The notes under the pieces were generated by a model. It was not told the DNA's origin, searched no databases, and saw only the letters and a program-made list of their open reading frames with translations. The position numbers and the translations under genes are program-made. This document shows positions 1-9,857 of a DNA stretch of 64,000 bases, in pieces; positions within the stretch are counted from its first letter, which is position 1; the number at the start of each line of letters is the position of its first letter. Source of the DNA: Flavilitoribacter nigricans DSM 23189 = NBRC 102662 (GTDB lineage Bacteria; Bacteroidota; Bacteroidia; Chitinophagales; Saprospiraceae); the NCBI RefSeq assembly GCF_002646595.1, contig NZ_PDUD01000019.1:109128-173127 (forward strand). Reading direction: 5' to 3'.

Positions 1-180
1 ACCACTTAGACAGTCCTTACAAATTAAGTAACCAATACCTAACTGGCGTAAAATTGGGGTGGTGCTGACGTGTCAAACACGTCATCATAAAACCACTTTG
101 CGTCCAAAATAACCTAACAACCCATTGCATGTAGCATAGCTATACCCACCTTTTTTTGCGGACAATAACCGTCCGACATC

Positions 181-1137
181 ATGACTTTTGAGACTAATTT
201 CTTTTACCAAACCAATGACAGACAACTTATGATGGATAGGTCAGCTATGCACGTCATTCAATCTGCTCCCTATCGGACGCAGCATTCCGTTTTCCCACTT
301 TCCGCAGGACAGTCAGCTCCCGCTTCCGGAAAACATTTTGCGGAAAACAAGGACACCGGATTATTGGAGCCCTTGCCCCTACACACTATCGATGACGTTA
401 TTGCGGCGCTGGCCACGATCATCTGGGATTCGGAACAGCGCCACGATCCACTGGGCTATTTTGCCGTGCTGTATCAGAAAGTGACCATAAAGGTCAAGGA
501 AGGGATTGCCAATAATTTTTTTGACGACGGCCCGCGTATGGAACAACTGGATATTGTGTTCGCAGAACGGTACCTCGCAGCTTATTTCGCCTACCAACAA
601 GGGCAGCCCCTCTCCTACTGCTGGAAAAAAGCCTTTGATCTCGGTTCGGTCGACGAGCCGATCGTCCTGCAGCATCTATTGCTGGGCATCAATGCGCACA
701 TCAATCTCGACCTAGGCATTGCGGCGGCGGAAGTGTGCGCGGGAGAAGATATCCGTGGCTTAAAAAACGATTTTATCAAAATAAATGAGATCCTGGCTTC
801 CCTGGTAGACGAGGTCATGTGCGGCCTCTCCGGGATCTGGCCCTTCTACGGGCTCATCCTGGAAAGGGCCGGAAAATTCGATAACCTCCTGGTGGATCTG
901 GTTATGCGGGCGGCCCGGATAAGCGCCTGGAAGTTTGCCAAAAAGCTGGCAAAAAAACCGGCCCGTGAAAAGACGAAGCTTATCGCCAGGCGGGATCGGC
1001 AAACCGCCCGGAAAGCCAAATTTATCGGGCGGCCCGGTACCATCACCAGTATGATGCTGCGCCGGATCCGGCAGGAAGAACGGGGCTCCGTATCCGAAAA
1101 ACTTTTCGAACTGAGTGTACCGGCGGTAGCCTCCTAG
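181..1137 (+). CDS. hypothetical protein with a conserved DUF (possibly DUF5995-like); Lys/Arg-rich C-terminal tail
   Basis: Intact 318-aa ORF with an ATG start. Internal motif 'LLLGINAHINLDLGIAAAE' recalls a conserved DUF family. No catalytic motif recognised. Confidence 0.45.
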   Translation: MTFETNFFYQTNDRQLMMDRSAMHVIQSAPYRTQHSVFPLSAGQSAPASGKHFAENKDTGLLEPLPLHTIDDVIAALATIIWDSEQRHDPLGYFAVLYQKVTIKVKEGIANNFFDDGPRMEQLDIVFAERYLAAYFAYQQGQPLSYCWKKAFDLGSVDEPIVLQHLLLGINAHINLDLGIAAAEVCAGEDIRGLKNDFIKINEILASLVDEVMCGLSGIWPFYGLILERAGKFDNLLVDLVMRAARISAWKFAKKLAKKPAREKTKLIARRDRQTARKAKFIGRPGTITSMMLRRIRQEERGSVSEKLFELSVPAVAS

Positions 1138-1221
1138 CAAACCACAAAGGAGGGAGGAGGAAGGGAAGAGTGCGTAGGTTTTCATAATGATCACTCTCCT
1201 TTCCTCACTCCCGCATTTTAG

Positions 1222-1308
1222 CAGAGAACACAGGAGTCGAACCTGTACCGGGAGCCTCCGAACCCAAAATGCCTAAGGGCGCAACCAACCGATATTTGCC
1301 TGTTCTCT
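1222..1308 (-). tRNA. tRNA-Ser-like gene (type II, long variable arm) with a non-pairing anticodon stem; possible pseudo-tRNA
   Basis: Read as the reverse complement. Acceptor AGAGAAC/GTTCTCT, D-arm GCAA-ATATCGGTTGG-TTGC and T-arm ACAGG-TTCGACT-CCTGT all fold. D-arm and T-arm are paralogous to the Ser(GCT) gene at 1671-1763. The anticodon region CCCTT-AGGCATT-TTGGG cannot form a 5-bp stem. No CCA is encoded. Confidence 0.4.
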
Positions 1309-1467
1309 GGGGACGATAGACTGCGAACGTACACCCCTTGCTGATCCTGCCGCTATCCGCGTAGCATCCCGGGAAATGTGAGGCCGTCAGCTCTCTTAAT
1401 GGCCAGCCGGATCTATTCCGGCCGAACCGTCTACCGTCCGGTGCAGTAGGCGTTCGCATAATAAAAG

Positions 1468-1540
1468 TACCCCCGGGAAGGATCGAACTTCCACCACGCG
1501 GCTTAAAAGACCGCTGCTCTGCCGGTTAAGCTACGAGGGT
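1468..1540 (-). tRNA. tRNA-Lys (anticodon TTT)
   Basis: The reverse complement folds by hand as a 73-nt cloverleaf: acceptor ACCCTCG/CGGGGGT (one G-T wobble), D-stem GCTT/GAGC, anticodon stem GCGGT/GCCGC with loop CTTTTAA, T-arm GGAAG-TTCGATC-CTTCC. No encoded CCA. Confidence 0.7.
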
Positions 1541-1547
1541 ATATTTG

Positions 1548-1630
1548 CAGAGAGTAAAGGAGTCGAACCCTCATCCCGAAGGATGGCCCGGTTTTCAAGA
1601 CCAGTTACGCACCATCGCGTGCTACTCTCT
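1548..1630 (-). tRNA. tRNA-Ser (anticodon TGA)
   Basis: 83-nt type II tRNA. Acceptor AGAGAGT/ACTCTCT, anticodon stem CTGGT/ACCGG with loop CTTGAAA, variable-arm hairpin ATCC-TTCG-GGAT, T-loop TTCGACT. No encoded CCA. Confidence 0.7.
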
Positions 1631-1670
1631 GGTTCCGAAGTGATCTTCACTCCGGTCAGTGCATTGAAAT

Positions 1671-1763
1671 TGGCGGAGAGCACAGGAATTGAACCTGCAC
1701 CGGCCTCTGGGACCGGCTCCGATTAGCAGTCGGATGCAACAAACCAATATTTGCCTACTCTCC
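1671..1763 (-). tRNA. tRNA-Ser (anticodon GCT), CCA encoded
   Basis: Acceptor GGAGAGT/GCTCTCC, D-arm GCAA-(11 nt)-TTGC, anticodon stem TCCGA/TCGGA with loop CTGCTAA, 19-nt variable arm, T-arm GCAGG-TTCAATT-CCTGT, 3' GCCA. Confidence 0.8.
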
Positions 1764-1802
1764 AGATATGAGGGCCGCCACTGGCTTAAATGATGGCCGC
1801 TG

Positions 1803-1873
1803 CGCGGGTAGCAGGATTCGAACCTACAGGTCACGGTTTTGGAGACCGCTTACCACACCAATTGGGTACCCAC
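1803..1873 (-). tRNA. tRNA-Gly (anticodon TCC) candidate with a short, atypical D-arm
   Basis: Acceptor GTGGGTA/TACCCGC, anticodon stem GCGGT/ACCGT with loop CTCCAAA, T-arm GTAGG-TTCGAAT-CCTGC. Only 17 nt lie between the acceptor and anticodon stems (CCCAATTGGTGTGGTAA), so the D-stem is 3 bp or non-canonical by manual folding. Confidence 0.5.
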
Positions 1874-1911
1874 ATAAAAAAAGCCCCTTACATCAGCATG
1901 CAAGGGGCTTT
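1874..1911 (-). terminator. rho-independent terminator (minus strand) between the phosphodiesterase gene and the tRNA cluster
   Basis: Perfect 10-bp stem AAAGCCCCTT/AAGGGGCTTT with a 12-nt loop. On the minus strand it is followed by a run of T (plus-strand aaaaaaa at 1874-1880). Confidence 0.6.
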
Positions 1912-2042
1912 AGATTGCCTTATTCGGACATATCATAGATCTCCCCCTGCCGGACGATGCTTCGCCCAACGCTTACTACTGATGGAGATCGATATGTGGT
2001 GATTTGTATTCATACGGCTAATACTACAGGCTTTGGGAGGGA

Positions 2043-2891
2043 TTAGTTCCGGGAGGCGGAAAAAAAGTTTTGCAGGCGCGCCAGATCATCGGCATTGATC
2101 CAGTCTATACCCAGTTTACGGTATACCTTCCAGGCGGATTCCGATTCGGGCATCGCCCACAGTCTCAACTGTTTGCCTTCCCGGTGTACCGATTTGATCA
2201 GCTTCCGCAATTGCTTTTTCTCCTTGGCGCTCAGTTTGCCGGTACCATCCCACTGCAGCACCTTACCGTAGCGTTCGCTGATCACCGGCATTTTACCGGC
2301 GGTGTAGCCCTTGCCCACATCATCCGGGCGGCCGTCCAGACGGGCAATATGGGTATCTGCTTGCAGAATGGTTTCGATGGGACGGTTGCCGGAAAGGAAT
2401 ACCATCACCGGACCGGCTACTTCCCGCCCGGCTTCGATCCGGGAAAAGATAGAGGCGTACTCCTGCAGTTGCCGACTGATCAGGGAATAAGTTTCCGCTG
2501 CATCAGTTTTGATGTCGATCATGAGTTGAAAATGCCCGTCGTATCCCGGATAGACCTGTCCGTTATTCTTGCTGATGCGTTCGCGCAGGGGCTCCAGGTA
2601 CAACTGTTTTAAGGTTCGGGCGGGATCTACCTGATCCGGTCGGTTGTGGTAAACGTACAGGTCACCGTCAATCGCAAAGACATCCGCTTCGATACTGGTA
2701 AAACCGTGATCCAGCGCATCCAGCAGGGGCCTTTCGTGTTCGTAATCGTTGTGAGCGTGGGCGTAGGGGATCGGAGCGAAGGTCTGAGCCCGGCAGGCCA
2801 GGAGGGAAAAGGTCAGCACCATCGCGATCAGTGGCCGGTAGCATAATTTCATCGGTATCAGCTTTAGTTCACAAAAGAAAAGATCGGGCAA
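2043..2891 (-). CDS. secreted PLC-like phosphodiesterase (PI-PLC X-domain-like) family protein
   Basis: Motif 'HAHNDYEH' near the N-terminus is typical of PLC-like phosphodiesterase TIM barrels. Signal-peptide-like segment MKLCYRPLIAMVLTFSLLAC. The true start is probably the internal Met (about 2852). Confidence 0.5.
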   Translation of the reverse strand: MPDLFFCELKLIPMKLCYRPLIAMVLTFSLLACRAQTFAPIPYAHAHNDYEHERPLLDALDHGFTSIEADVFAIDGDLYVYHNRPDQVDPARTLKQLYLEPLRERISKNNGQVYPGYDGHFQLMIDIKTDAAETYSLISRQLQEYASIFSRIEAGREVAGPVMVFLSGNRPIETILQADTHIARLDGRPDDVGKGYTAGKMPVISERYGKVLQWDGTGKLSAKEKKQLRKLIKSVHREGKQLRLWAMPESESAWKVYRKLGIDWINADDLARLQNFFSASRN

Positions 2892-3010
2892 TAGGGTACG
2901 CTGTATTGCCCATTGTGGATCTCAGGCCGGAACGGCCTGGTGTCCACCCTCTCCTGGCAAAACTAACCAATCCAATTCAAAGAAGGATGCAACTGTAATT
3001 TCGGTGGGTA

Positions 3011-3283
3011 TTAAGCCATTTGGTAAGGGCCGGAGGCCGACCAGGAATGGACGTATTTAAGATCCCAGTTGGGAAGAAGACAGGAAAAACCATACTTCTT
3101 ATACCGTTCGATCAGGGTCATCAGGCCGATGGCCGTAAACTGGCGACCGGATTGTAAAGATCGATCCATCAAACTGAGTAAAACCAGGCTCGCGCGCTGA
3201 CGGGTAGAATAATCTTCGTGATTTTTTCTGATCTGCTCCAGTGTGTTTACCTCATCGGTGGGCAATAGATAAGTAATGTCCAT
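3011..3283 (-). CDS. hypothetical protein (90 aa)
   Basis: ORF only; no recognisable motif. Confidence 0.3.
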   Translation of the reverse strand: MDITYLLPTDEVNTLEQIRKNHEDYSTRQRASLVLLSLMDRSLQSGRQFTAIGLMTLIERYKKYGFSCLLPNWDLKYVHSWSASGPYQMA

Positions 3284-3710
3284 GCTTAATGGTTTTAGTA
3301 AGGTTAAGAAGTGCAGATGGTCTCAAGCTTAAAGTACAGGACACGATGGATTGTTCGTTCCGGACCACAATTAGTCTGAACTTTTTCCGATGTTTAAGTA
3401 TTTGGGAAAGGCGGAATGGATAAAGATTGGGGAATCAATCAAAGTCGCTAATAAAACGAAGCTGAAGAATAACTTATTATACGCCCCGCTAATTTGAAAG
3501 GTTGCGATCGGGGGTGAATTTTGGGTAATTCCGGCCCGGGCACCCGGTGTAAAAAACAACACCTAATCTGGCATCTAGACTGATAATCAATGCTTTAATA
3601 TACGTTTTTTTTTGCGGGTAGATTTTCCTATTGCCCATTTTAGGACAGGCGTTTTTTAACAATCGATAAAATTAGACTATCTACAGATCAGCAGCTCTCT
3701 GCATTCCCGT

Positions 3711-4373
3711 TTAACGCAGGACTTCCACTTCCGATACCCGCTCAAAAGCTTTCACTTCCCACTCCCGGCGCCGTTGCATCGCGATCATTTTGAATCCGGC
3801 GGCTTCGACCATTGCTTCGATCTTACCGGCGGGGTGAATGAAGGACCGAAACTGGCCTCCTCTGATCTTGCGGATCTTCTCCACCACAACGTGCACCAAA
3901 CGTACCCACCAGACTTCTCGGGGAATACTGTAAACGTACCAGCGACGGGCCTTGCTCAGCGAATGCCGGACGAGCCCTTCGTAATCTTCATAACAACAGA
4001 TCACTTTGTCGAGCGTCACCAGATCCGCCGGGTCTACGGTGGCGTGTAATTCCGTAAAATCACCCAGTTTGGCGTCAATCTGTCCGGTCAATTCCCTGTT
4101 TGTAGCTTCCTGGAGAAAAGTTTGCCGGTACCCGGCCGCAATATCGACATAGGTAGCCGTGGCCAGTCCCCGGTTAAAGGACTCCAGGATCATCGCACCG
4201 ATCCCGGCTCCGATATCGAGTTGGGTCCTTCCCCGGAGGGGCAGTTGCTGTAAGACCGCCAAAAAAGGTCGCGAACTCTTTTTCACGCCCCCCGCCAGGT
4301 AATCTTTCATCTCCTTCGCGGCGCTGGCGTCATCAAAAGTTTGTTGGTAAGCCTGATTACAGCAAGAGTCCAT
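3711..4373 (-). CDS. class I SAM-dependent methyltransferase
   Basis: Glycine-rich SAM-binding motif 'LDIGAGIGAM' at the expected position in a 220-aa protein. Confidence 0.7.
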   Translation of the reverse strand: MDSCCNQAYQQTFDDASAAKEMKDYLAGGVKKSSRPFLAVLQQLPLRGRTQLDIGAGIGAMILESFNRGLATATYVDIAAGYRQTFLQEATNRELTGQIDAKLGDFTELHATVDPADLVTLDKVICCYEDYEGLVRHSLSKARRWYVYSIPREVWWVRLVHVVVEKIRKIRGGQFRSFIHPAGKIEAMVEAAGFKMIAMQRRREWEVKAFERVSEVEVLR

Positions 4374-4484
4374 AGCGCAAGATGGTTTGAATAGACGTGA
4401 CCAAAAAACTAACGCGAGTCCGAAACAATCCGGACTCGCGTCAATTTAGCTAATATTCTGGAAAGTCAGCAGCTCGTTCCGCGC

Positions 4485-6860
4485 TTACGGGCGGATCACT
4501 TTTCCTTTTGCTTTCGCTTCCTGCATCGGATTCGGGCGTTCTTCCGTTTTGTGGCTCTTGAACACCTGGAAGCGACTCGGCATTTCCATTACCGGCCAGT
4601 TGTTGTTGCTCTCATCGATGTCCGCCGTTTCCCGGAAAGGGTCCAGGCGAATGGCTTTCACTTCCTTTTCGGTCACAAAAACGCGGGAGAATTTGTCTTC
4701 ATTCTTCCGCCAGACCTGTGCCGGCAGGCGCTCCACTTTGGTGGTGCCGTCTTCAAAAGTGAATTCCAGGATCACCGGCATTACCAGACCACCCTTATTG
4801 CTGAAATACAGCTCGTAGTAGTTCTTGTCGCCGAATTTTTCCGTTTTTTCCTTTTTGCTCAGGGTCTCCGCGTACAGCTCTGTTTTCACCATAGTGACGG
4901 AATCGGCCGTTTCCCAGGGCTTATATTCGGTGTAGAAATCCACCAGCTCTTCGTCTTTCTCTATGGAGAATTCCAGGCCTTCTTCGCGGTTACGCTTCTT
5001 GGAAATGTGCTCGTAAGGCTTATCCCTTTTCACCGGATAGCTTACCTCGCGGGTTTCCGGATCACTCTCCAGGTCGACCTTGTACCACTGGATGCTGTCC
5101 AGGGAAATATCAACCGCTTCGGTGGTATAGAACCAACCGCGCCAGAACCAGTCCAGATCCACCGCACTGGCATCTTCCATGCTGCGGAAGAAATCAGCCG
5201 GAGTGGGGTGTTTGAACGCCCAGCGACGGCTGTACTCCTTGAAGGCATAGTCAAACAGTTCGCGACCCATGACGGTTTCCCGCAGGATGTTCAGCGCGGT
5301 AGCCGGTTTGGCGTAGGCATTCGGTCCGAACTGTACGATGTTTTCGCTATTGGTCATGATCGGTTCCAACAGATCCTTTTCCGCTTTCATGTAATCTGTG
5401 ATGGCGTAAGCCGGGCCCCGGCGGGAAGGATAGTTGTTGTCGAACTCCTGCTCGGTCAGGAACTGCAGGAAAGTATTGATCCCTTCGTCCATCCAGGTCC
5501 ACTGGCGTTCGTCACTGTTGATGATCATCGGGAAATAGTTGTGCCCCACTTCGTGAATGATCACACCGATCGCGCCGTACTTGGCCCGTTCGGTGTAGGT
5601 ACCGTCCTCTTCCGCACGACCGTAGTTGAAACAGATCATCGGATATTCCATACCGTTGGAAGCCTCAACGGAGATAGCTACCGGGTAGGGATAAGGAATG
5701 GTGTATTTGGAATAGGTCTTCAGCGTATGAGCGACCGTTTTGGTGGAATAGCGGTTGTAGATCGGATAAGCCTCTTTGCCGTAGTAGCTCATCGCCATCA
5801 CCCGCCGGCCGTCTTCGGTGAAGTGAGGCATGGCATCCCAGACGAATTTCGGGCTGGCCGTCCAGGCAAAGTCCCTTACGTTATCCGCTTTGTAGATCCA
5901 GGTTTTGGTGTTGGTAGCCTTTTTGGCTTTTTCTGTGGCTTTGGCTTCATCCAGGGTAACGATCTCGATGGGTTCTTTAGCCGTTTTGGCCTGCTCCCAA
6001 CGTTTCAACTGGGCCGGAGTCAGTACCGTGGAGTAATTCAGACACTCGCCGGTAGAGCCGACTACGTGGTCTTCCGGCACGGTCATTTTCACGATAAAGT
6101 TACCGAAAGTCAGCGCGAATTCTCCCCGTCCGGTGAACTGCTTGTTTTGCCATCCTTCCACATCACTGAACACACAGAGTCTTGGATACCACTGCGTTAT
6201 CGTAAAGATATAGTCATCTTCTTCTTCAAAATGCTCGTATCCACCCCGACCGCGGAAATAAGGATTCATCCGGTCGGTGATGTAATAGTGCCAATCCACA
6301 TTGAAGGCGAAAGTCTCTCCCGGCTTGAGCGGCTGTGGCAGATCCACCCGCATCATCGTCTGGTTGATGATGTATTTCAGGGGTTTTCCGTTCGCATCGG
6401 TGATGCTTTCGATCTTGTGTCCGTATTTGGAGCGATCGATATCTTCCAGGCGGCTGAGCGCACCTTCGCTCATGGTATTCCGCAGGCTGCTCGGATCGGC
6501 GTGGTGGCTGTCGGTCAGATCGGAATGTTCGTTTTCATCCAATTGCAACCACAGGTAACGCAGGGTATGTGGCGATTGATTGTAATACGTAATAAGTTCT
6601 TTCCCATCCAGTTTCAGATTATCCACGTCCAGCGTGCACTCAATGTCATAATCGGCACGCTGCTGCCAATATTCCGGTCCGGGTGCGCCGTCCGGTCCCC
6701 GGTAAATGTTGGGATCCGGCAGGGTTTCGCCGAGTTGTTCAAATTTGGTACCGTGATTGGAGCCCGGATTCTGGGCCCAGAGAAAACTGCCGGTGATCAG
6801 AAGGGTGAATACTGTAAGAAACCTTACTACATAAGGACTGTCAAGAAGGTTTTTCATCAT
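4485..6860 (-). CDS. M1-family zinc metallopeptidase (aminopeptidase N-like), secreted
   Basis: Exopeptidase motif 'GMEYPMI' and zinc-binding 'HEVGHNYF' (HEXXH) with a downstream Glu. N-terminal signal peptide. The 775-aa ORF on the opposite strand has no motifs and is a shadow ORF. Confidence 0.85.
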   Translation of the reverse strand: MMKNLLDSPYVVRFLTVFTLLITGSFLWAQNPGSNHGTKFEQLGETLPDPNIYRGPDGAPGPEYWQQRADYDIECTLDVDNLKLDGKELITYYNQSPHTLRYLWLQLDENEHSDLTDSHHADPSSLRNTMSEGALSRLEDIDRSKYGHKIESITDANGKPLKYIINQTMMRVDLPQPLKPGETFAFNVDWHYYITDRMNPYFRGRGGYEHFEEEDDYIFTITQWYPRLCVFSDVEGWQNKQFTGRGEFALTFGNFIVKMTVPEDHVVGSTGECLNYSTVLTPAQLKRWEQAKTAKEPIEIVTLDEAKATEKAKKATNTKTWIYKADNVRDFAWTASPKFVWDAMPHFTEDGRRVMAMSYYGKEAYPIYNRYSTKTVAHTLKTYSKYTIPYPYPVAISVEASNGMEYPMICFNYGRAEEDGTYTERAKYGAIGVIIHEVGHNYFPMIINSDERQWTWMDEGINTFLQFLTEQEFDNNYPSRRGPAYAITDYMKAEKDLLEPIMTNSENIVQFGPNAYAKPATALNILRETVMGRELFDYAFKEYSRRWAFKHPTPADFFRSMEDASAVDLDWFWRGWFYTTEAVDISLDSIQWYKVDLESDPETREVSYPVKRDKPYEHISKKRNREEGLEFSIEKDEELVDFYTEYKPWETADSVTMVKTELYAETLSKKEKTEKFGDKNYYELYFSNKGGLVMPVILEFTFEDGTTKVERLPAQVWRKNEDKFSRVFVTEKEVKAIRLDPFRETADIDESNNNWPVMEMPSRFQVFKSHKTEERPNPMQEAKAKGKVIRP

Positions 6861-7010
6861 ACTAGTTTAAAATGTTAGTTGGTATCGGGCATCCCGGAGG
6901 TGCCCACGAAAGATTTGTAAAGTTACAAAGCTAATAACACGCGATCCACGAATGTGGTTGGATTTTCGACCTAAGGGAAAAAGATATACCTTAGCTCGGA
7001 AAAAGTTTAT

Positions 7011-7850
7011 ATGAATGGCAAGACCGGTATCTGGGATACGCTACCGCTCACCACCGACATGAATTCTGCTATGAAAAATATCATTACCATTTTCCTGTGC
7101 CTGCTGGCGCTGCCTATCCTGGCCCAGGACCTTTCCCTGTTTGAAAAAAGGACGTTTACGAATAAAAAAGGAGAAGTACTCCCCTACCGGATCCTCTTTC
7201 CGAAGAATTATGACGCCAGTAAAAAATACCCACTCGTGCTTTTCCTGCACGGTGGCGGCGAACGCGGAGACGATAATGAGAAGCAATTGGTGCACGGGGT
7301 AAAGGTGTTCCTGGGAGCGGAAAATCGCGAGCAATACCCGGCCATCGTCATTGCCCCGCAGTGCCCGGCCGACAGTTACTGGGGGTCGGTGAAATTCGAA
7401 CGGACTAAATATCCGCTGGATATGGATTTCAACTACGACTATGATATCACCACCGGGCTGCGCCTGGCCATGGAACTCACCAAACATACCATCAAACAGG
7501 AAGGTGTAGACAAAGACCGCGTTTACATTACCGGCCTTTCGATGGGCGGAATGGGTACACTGGAGGCCGTTTACCGGTTTCCCAAACGTTTTGCCGCAGC
7601 GGTTGCCGTTTGCGGCGGGGCCGATGTTGCCGCTTACAAAAAGAAACAGGCCCGCATCCCTTTTCGCCTGTACCACGGGGAAGTGGACGGGGTAGTTGCC
7701 GTTGACCATTCCCGGGCCATGTACGCCAAACTGCAGGAACTGGGCGCTGCAGTTTCCTATAAGGAATACCCCGGCGTCAATCACAACAGCTGGGAAAATG
7801 CCTACGCCGAGCCCGATCTGCTATCCTGGTTGTTTGCGCAGGAGCGATAG
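7011..7850 (+). CDS. alpha/beta-hydrolase fold esterase (phospholipase/carboxylesterase or prolyl-oligopeptidase-type), secreted
   Basis: Oxyanion-hole 'LHGGGE', nucleophile elbow 'GLSMGG', downstream His in 'VNHNSW'. Signal peptide MKNIITIFLCLLALPILAQ, so the real start may be an internal Met near 7059-7071. Confidence 0.75.
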   Translation: MNGKTGIWDTLPLTTDMNSAMKNIITIFLCLLALPILAQDLSLFEKRTFTNKKGEVLPYRILFPKNYDASKKYPLVLFLHGGGERGDDNEKQLVHGVKVFLGAENREQYPAIVIAPQCPADSYWGSVKFERTKYPLDMDFNYDYDITTGLRLAMELTKHTIKQEGVDKDRVYITGLSMGGMGTLEAVYRFPKRFAAAVAVCGGADVAAYKKKQARIPFRLYHGEVDGVVAVDHSRAMYAKLQELGAAVSYKEYPGVNHNSWENAYAEPDLLSWLFAQER

Positions 7851-7970
7851 GCGATACCGATCGGGACTACCGGATCAGTATAGACATAGTGCGATCAGGG
7901 AAGAGCAGGTAAGTTGCACCGATTCTCTTCGGATATTACAAAAAACTGATCTTGGTGAAGGATTTTTATA

Positions 7971-8005
7971 CTGATGCGGTGATAGTCATCGCACCACCGC
8001 ATCAG
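7971..8005. terminator. hairpin between convergent genes (esterase on plus, AraC on minus); likely bidirectional terminator
   Basis: 11-bp perfect stem CTGATGCGGTG/CACCGCATCAG with a 13-nt loop, followed by tatttatttc. Confidence 0.5.
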
Positions 8006-8013
8006 CCAGCTAT

Positions 8014-8877
8014 TTATTTCACGATCTTTTTCAATCCTTTACGATATTCCCGCGGACTGGCACCCGTGATCGCCTTGAACTGCTTGTTGAAGTGCGAAAG
8101 GTTGTTGAAACCACTTTCGTAACTAACGGCAGCGATACTCAAGTGATCGTCGGCGAGCAGACTACTGGCGTGCGCCACCCGGAATTCGTTGACGAATTGA
8201 GTAAACGTTTTATTCGTGAGTTTTTTGAAATAACGACAAAAGGCGGGCACCGTCATATTCGCCAGACGGGCGGCCGTTTCCAACTCTACGTCCGACAGAT
8301 AATTGTGCTCTACGTATTCGTAGATCTTCTCGATCCGCTCGTGATCCTGGCCGTTGACCTCCAGACCGAAACCGCTCGCATTGAGCATCTGGTATTCGGT
8401 AGAGGTAGCCATGGACTGCAGTACGCGCAGAAGCCGTAACATGCGATCAAAATTATCGAACTGCAGCATTTCCCGCAGCAAATCGCCCACCTGCTTTTTG
8501 GTCTCTCCGTTGAAACTCACGCCTACTTTGGAGCGCTCAAACAACTGCTGGATGGACTTCAGCTCCGGCCGGTTCAAAAATTCCGATCCCAGAAACTCTT
8601 CCTTCATCTGTACCACGATCTCGATGTGCCGTTCCTTCAGTCCTTCGGTAAAACCGAAGTGGGGAAGGTTGGGTCCCAGGAAGATCAGATCACCGTCTTC
8701 GTAATAAGAAATATGATCACCTATATGTCGCTTTCCTTTCCCGTTGGAGATATAAACGATCTCGTACTCGGGGTGGAAATGCCAACGGGGTGTATTGCAG
8801 TAATTCAGGTCATCGAAGTACCTCACTGTGAAAGAACTGCCAAACCCCGGTTCTATTTTTTCCAAACGTGCTTTCAT
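8014..8877 (-). CDS. AraC-family transcriptional regulator (N-terminal cupin-like sensor, C-terminal HTH)
   Basis: C-terminal 'AraC signature' region (PAFCRYFKKLTNKTFTQFVNEFRVAHASSLL ... GFNNLSHFNKQFKAITGASPREY). 287 aa. Confidence 0.8.
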   Translation of the reverse strand: MKARLEKIEPGFGSSFTVRYFDDLNYCNTPRWHFHPEYEIVYISNGKGKRHIGDHISYYEDGDLIFLGPNLPHFGFTEGLKERHIEIVVQMKEEFLGSEFLNRPELKSIQQLFERSKVGVSFNGETKKQVGDLLREMLQFDNFDRMLRLLRVLQSMATSTEYQMLNASGFGLEVNGQDHERIEKIYEYVEHNYLSDVELETAARLANMTVPAFCRYFKKLTNKTFTQFVNEFRVAHASSLLADDHLSIAAVSYESGFNNLSHFNKQFKAITGASPREYRKGLKKIVK

Positions 8878-9068
8878 AAGTCAATTCTTTATGATCTCCC
8901 GGCATAGCCTAAAGGAAATCAAGTAAGCAAAAATGACTTGCTCCGATCAATTCAGAAACTTTAGACTGATTAAATTTATTCTTAAGGATACACCTAAATC
9001 GACCAATAAGTTCGATATTAACATACCGCTGCAAATATACTACCTATCTTGGTCAATATTGTTTTATT

Positions 9069-9821
9069 TTGCCGGTATGTTTAGGACGTAAACTAACTTT
9101 TTTTGTCACTTTATCGCTCTATATGCACTTACTAATCGCTTCCGCAACCGGCTTTGAAATTGCTCCGCTGGAAGAATGGCTACAGGCTAACAGTCACAGA
9201 ATCAACAATTTCAGTTATCGCCTCGGACACGCTCAGATCGACCTGCTCATTACCGGCGTAGGAATCCCGCTGAGTGCCTACAGCTTTGGCCGGCTCTTTG
9301 CCAAGCAGTCCTATGATCTGGCGATCCAGGCCGGGATCGCGGGTGCGCTGGACCGGAACCTGGAGATCGGAGAGGTTGTTCAGGTCACCTCCGAAAGCTT
9401 CGGTGACCTGGGAGTGGAAGAGGCGGACGGCAGTTTCACCTCAGCCATCAGCATGGGCCTGATCGATGCGAACCAGCCTCCTTTCGTGAAGGGGCTCCTC
9501 CCCTCGCCTACCGGAACGGGCACTCCGTCCTTTCTCAAATCCGTAACGGGAACTACCGTGATGAAGGTGCACGGGCAGGAAGAAAGCATCACCGCATTCC
9601 GCAATCGTACCGACGCCCAGGTGGAGAGTATGGAGGGCGCCAGCTTTGCCTACGCCTGTCTGCTCGAACAGCAGCCGTTTCTGCAGATCCGGGCAATCTC
9701 CAATTACGTGGAAAAGCGCAACCGGGATGCCTGGGATATCCCCCTGGCGATCGGGAATTTAAACCAGGTACTGATGGATATGGTGCAGATTTTGGCCGCT
9801 ACCGGGAGGGCCGGCGGTTGA
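9069..9821 (+). CDS. nucleoside phosphorylase family I protein, futalosine hydrolase (MqnB)-like or MTA/SAH nucleosidase-like
   Basis: 'HLLIASATGFEI' N-terminus and overall PNP/MTAN-fold pattern. The ORF-track start at 9069 is TTG; the probable real start is ATG at 9123 (MHLLIA...). Confidence 0.5.
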   Translation: MPVCLGRKLTFFVTLSLYMHLLIASATGFEIAPLEEWLQANSHRINNFSYRLGHAQIDLLITGVGIPLSAYSFGRLFAKQSYDLAIQAGIAGALDRNLEIGEVVQVTSESFGDLGVEEADGSFTSAISMGLIDANQPPFVKGLLPSPTGTGTPSFLKSVTGTTVMKVHGQEESITAFRNRTDAQVESMEGASFAYACLLEQQPFLQIRAISNYVEKRNRDAWDIPLAIGNLNQVLMDMVQILAATGRAGG

Positions 9822-9857
9822 ATCGTGGTTCTGCCACTCGAGTGGCAGGACCACGAT

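Noticed and set aside
1222-1308. Reading the first tRNA-like gene as tRNA-Leu(TAG) via loop CTTAGGC
   Set aside because: Flanking 5-mers (GCGCC/ATTTT) cannot pair, so that register does not give an anticodon stem either. Kept as an atypical Ser-like copy.
1200-2040. tRNA cluster as an integration site of a mobile element
   Set aside because: No integrase, recombinase, transposase or direct repeat of a tRNA 3' half seen in the flanking 5 kb.
4551-6878. 775-aa plus-strand ORF
   Set aside because: Completely antisense to the M1 peptidase gene, which carries HEXXH and GxMEN motifs. No motifs of its own; a typical shadow ORF in GC-rich coding DNA.
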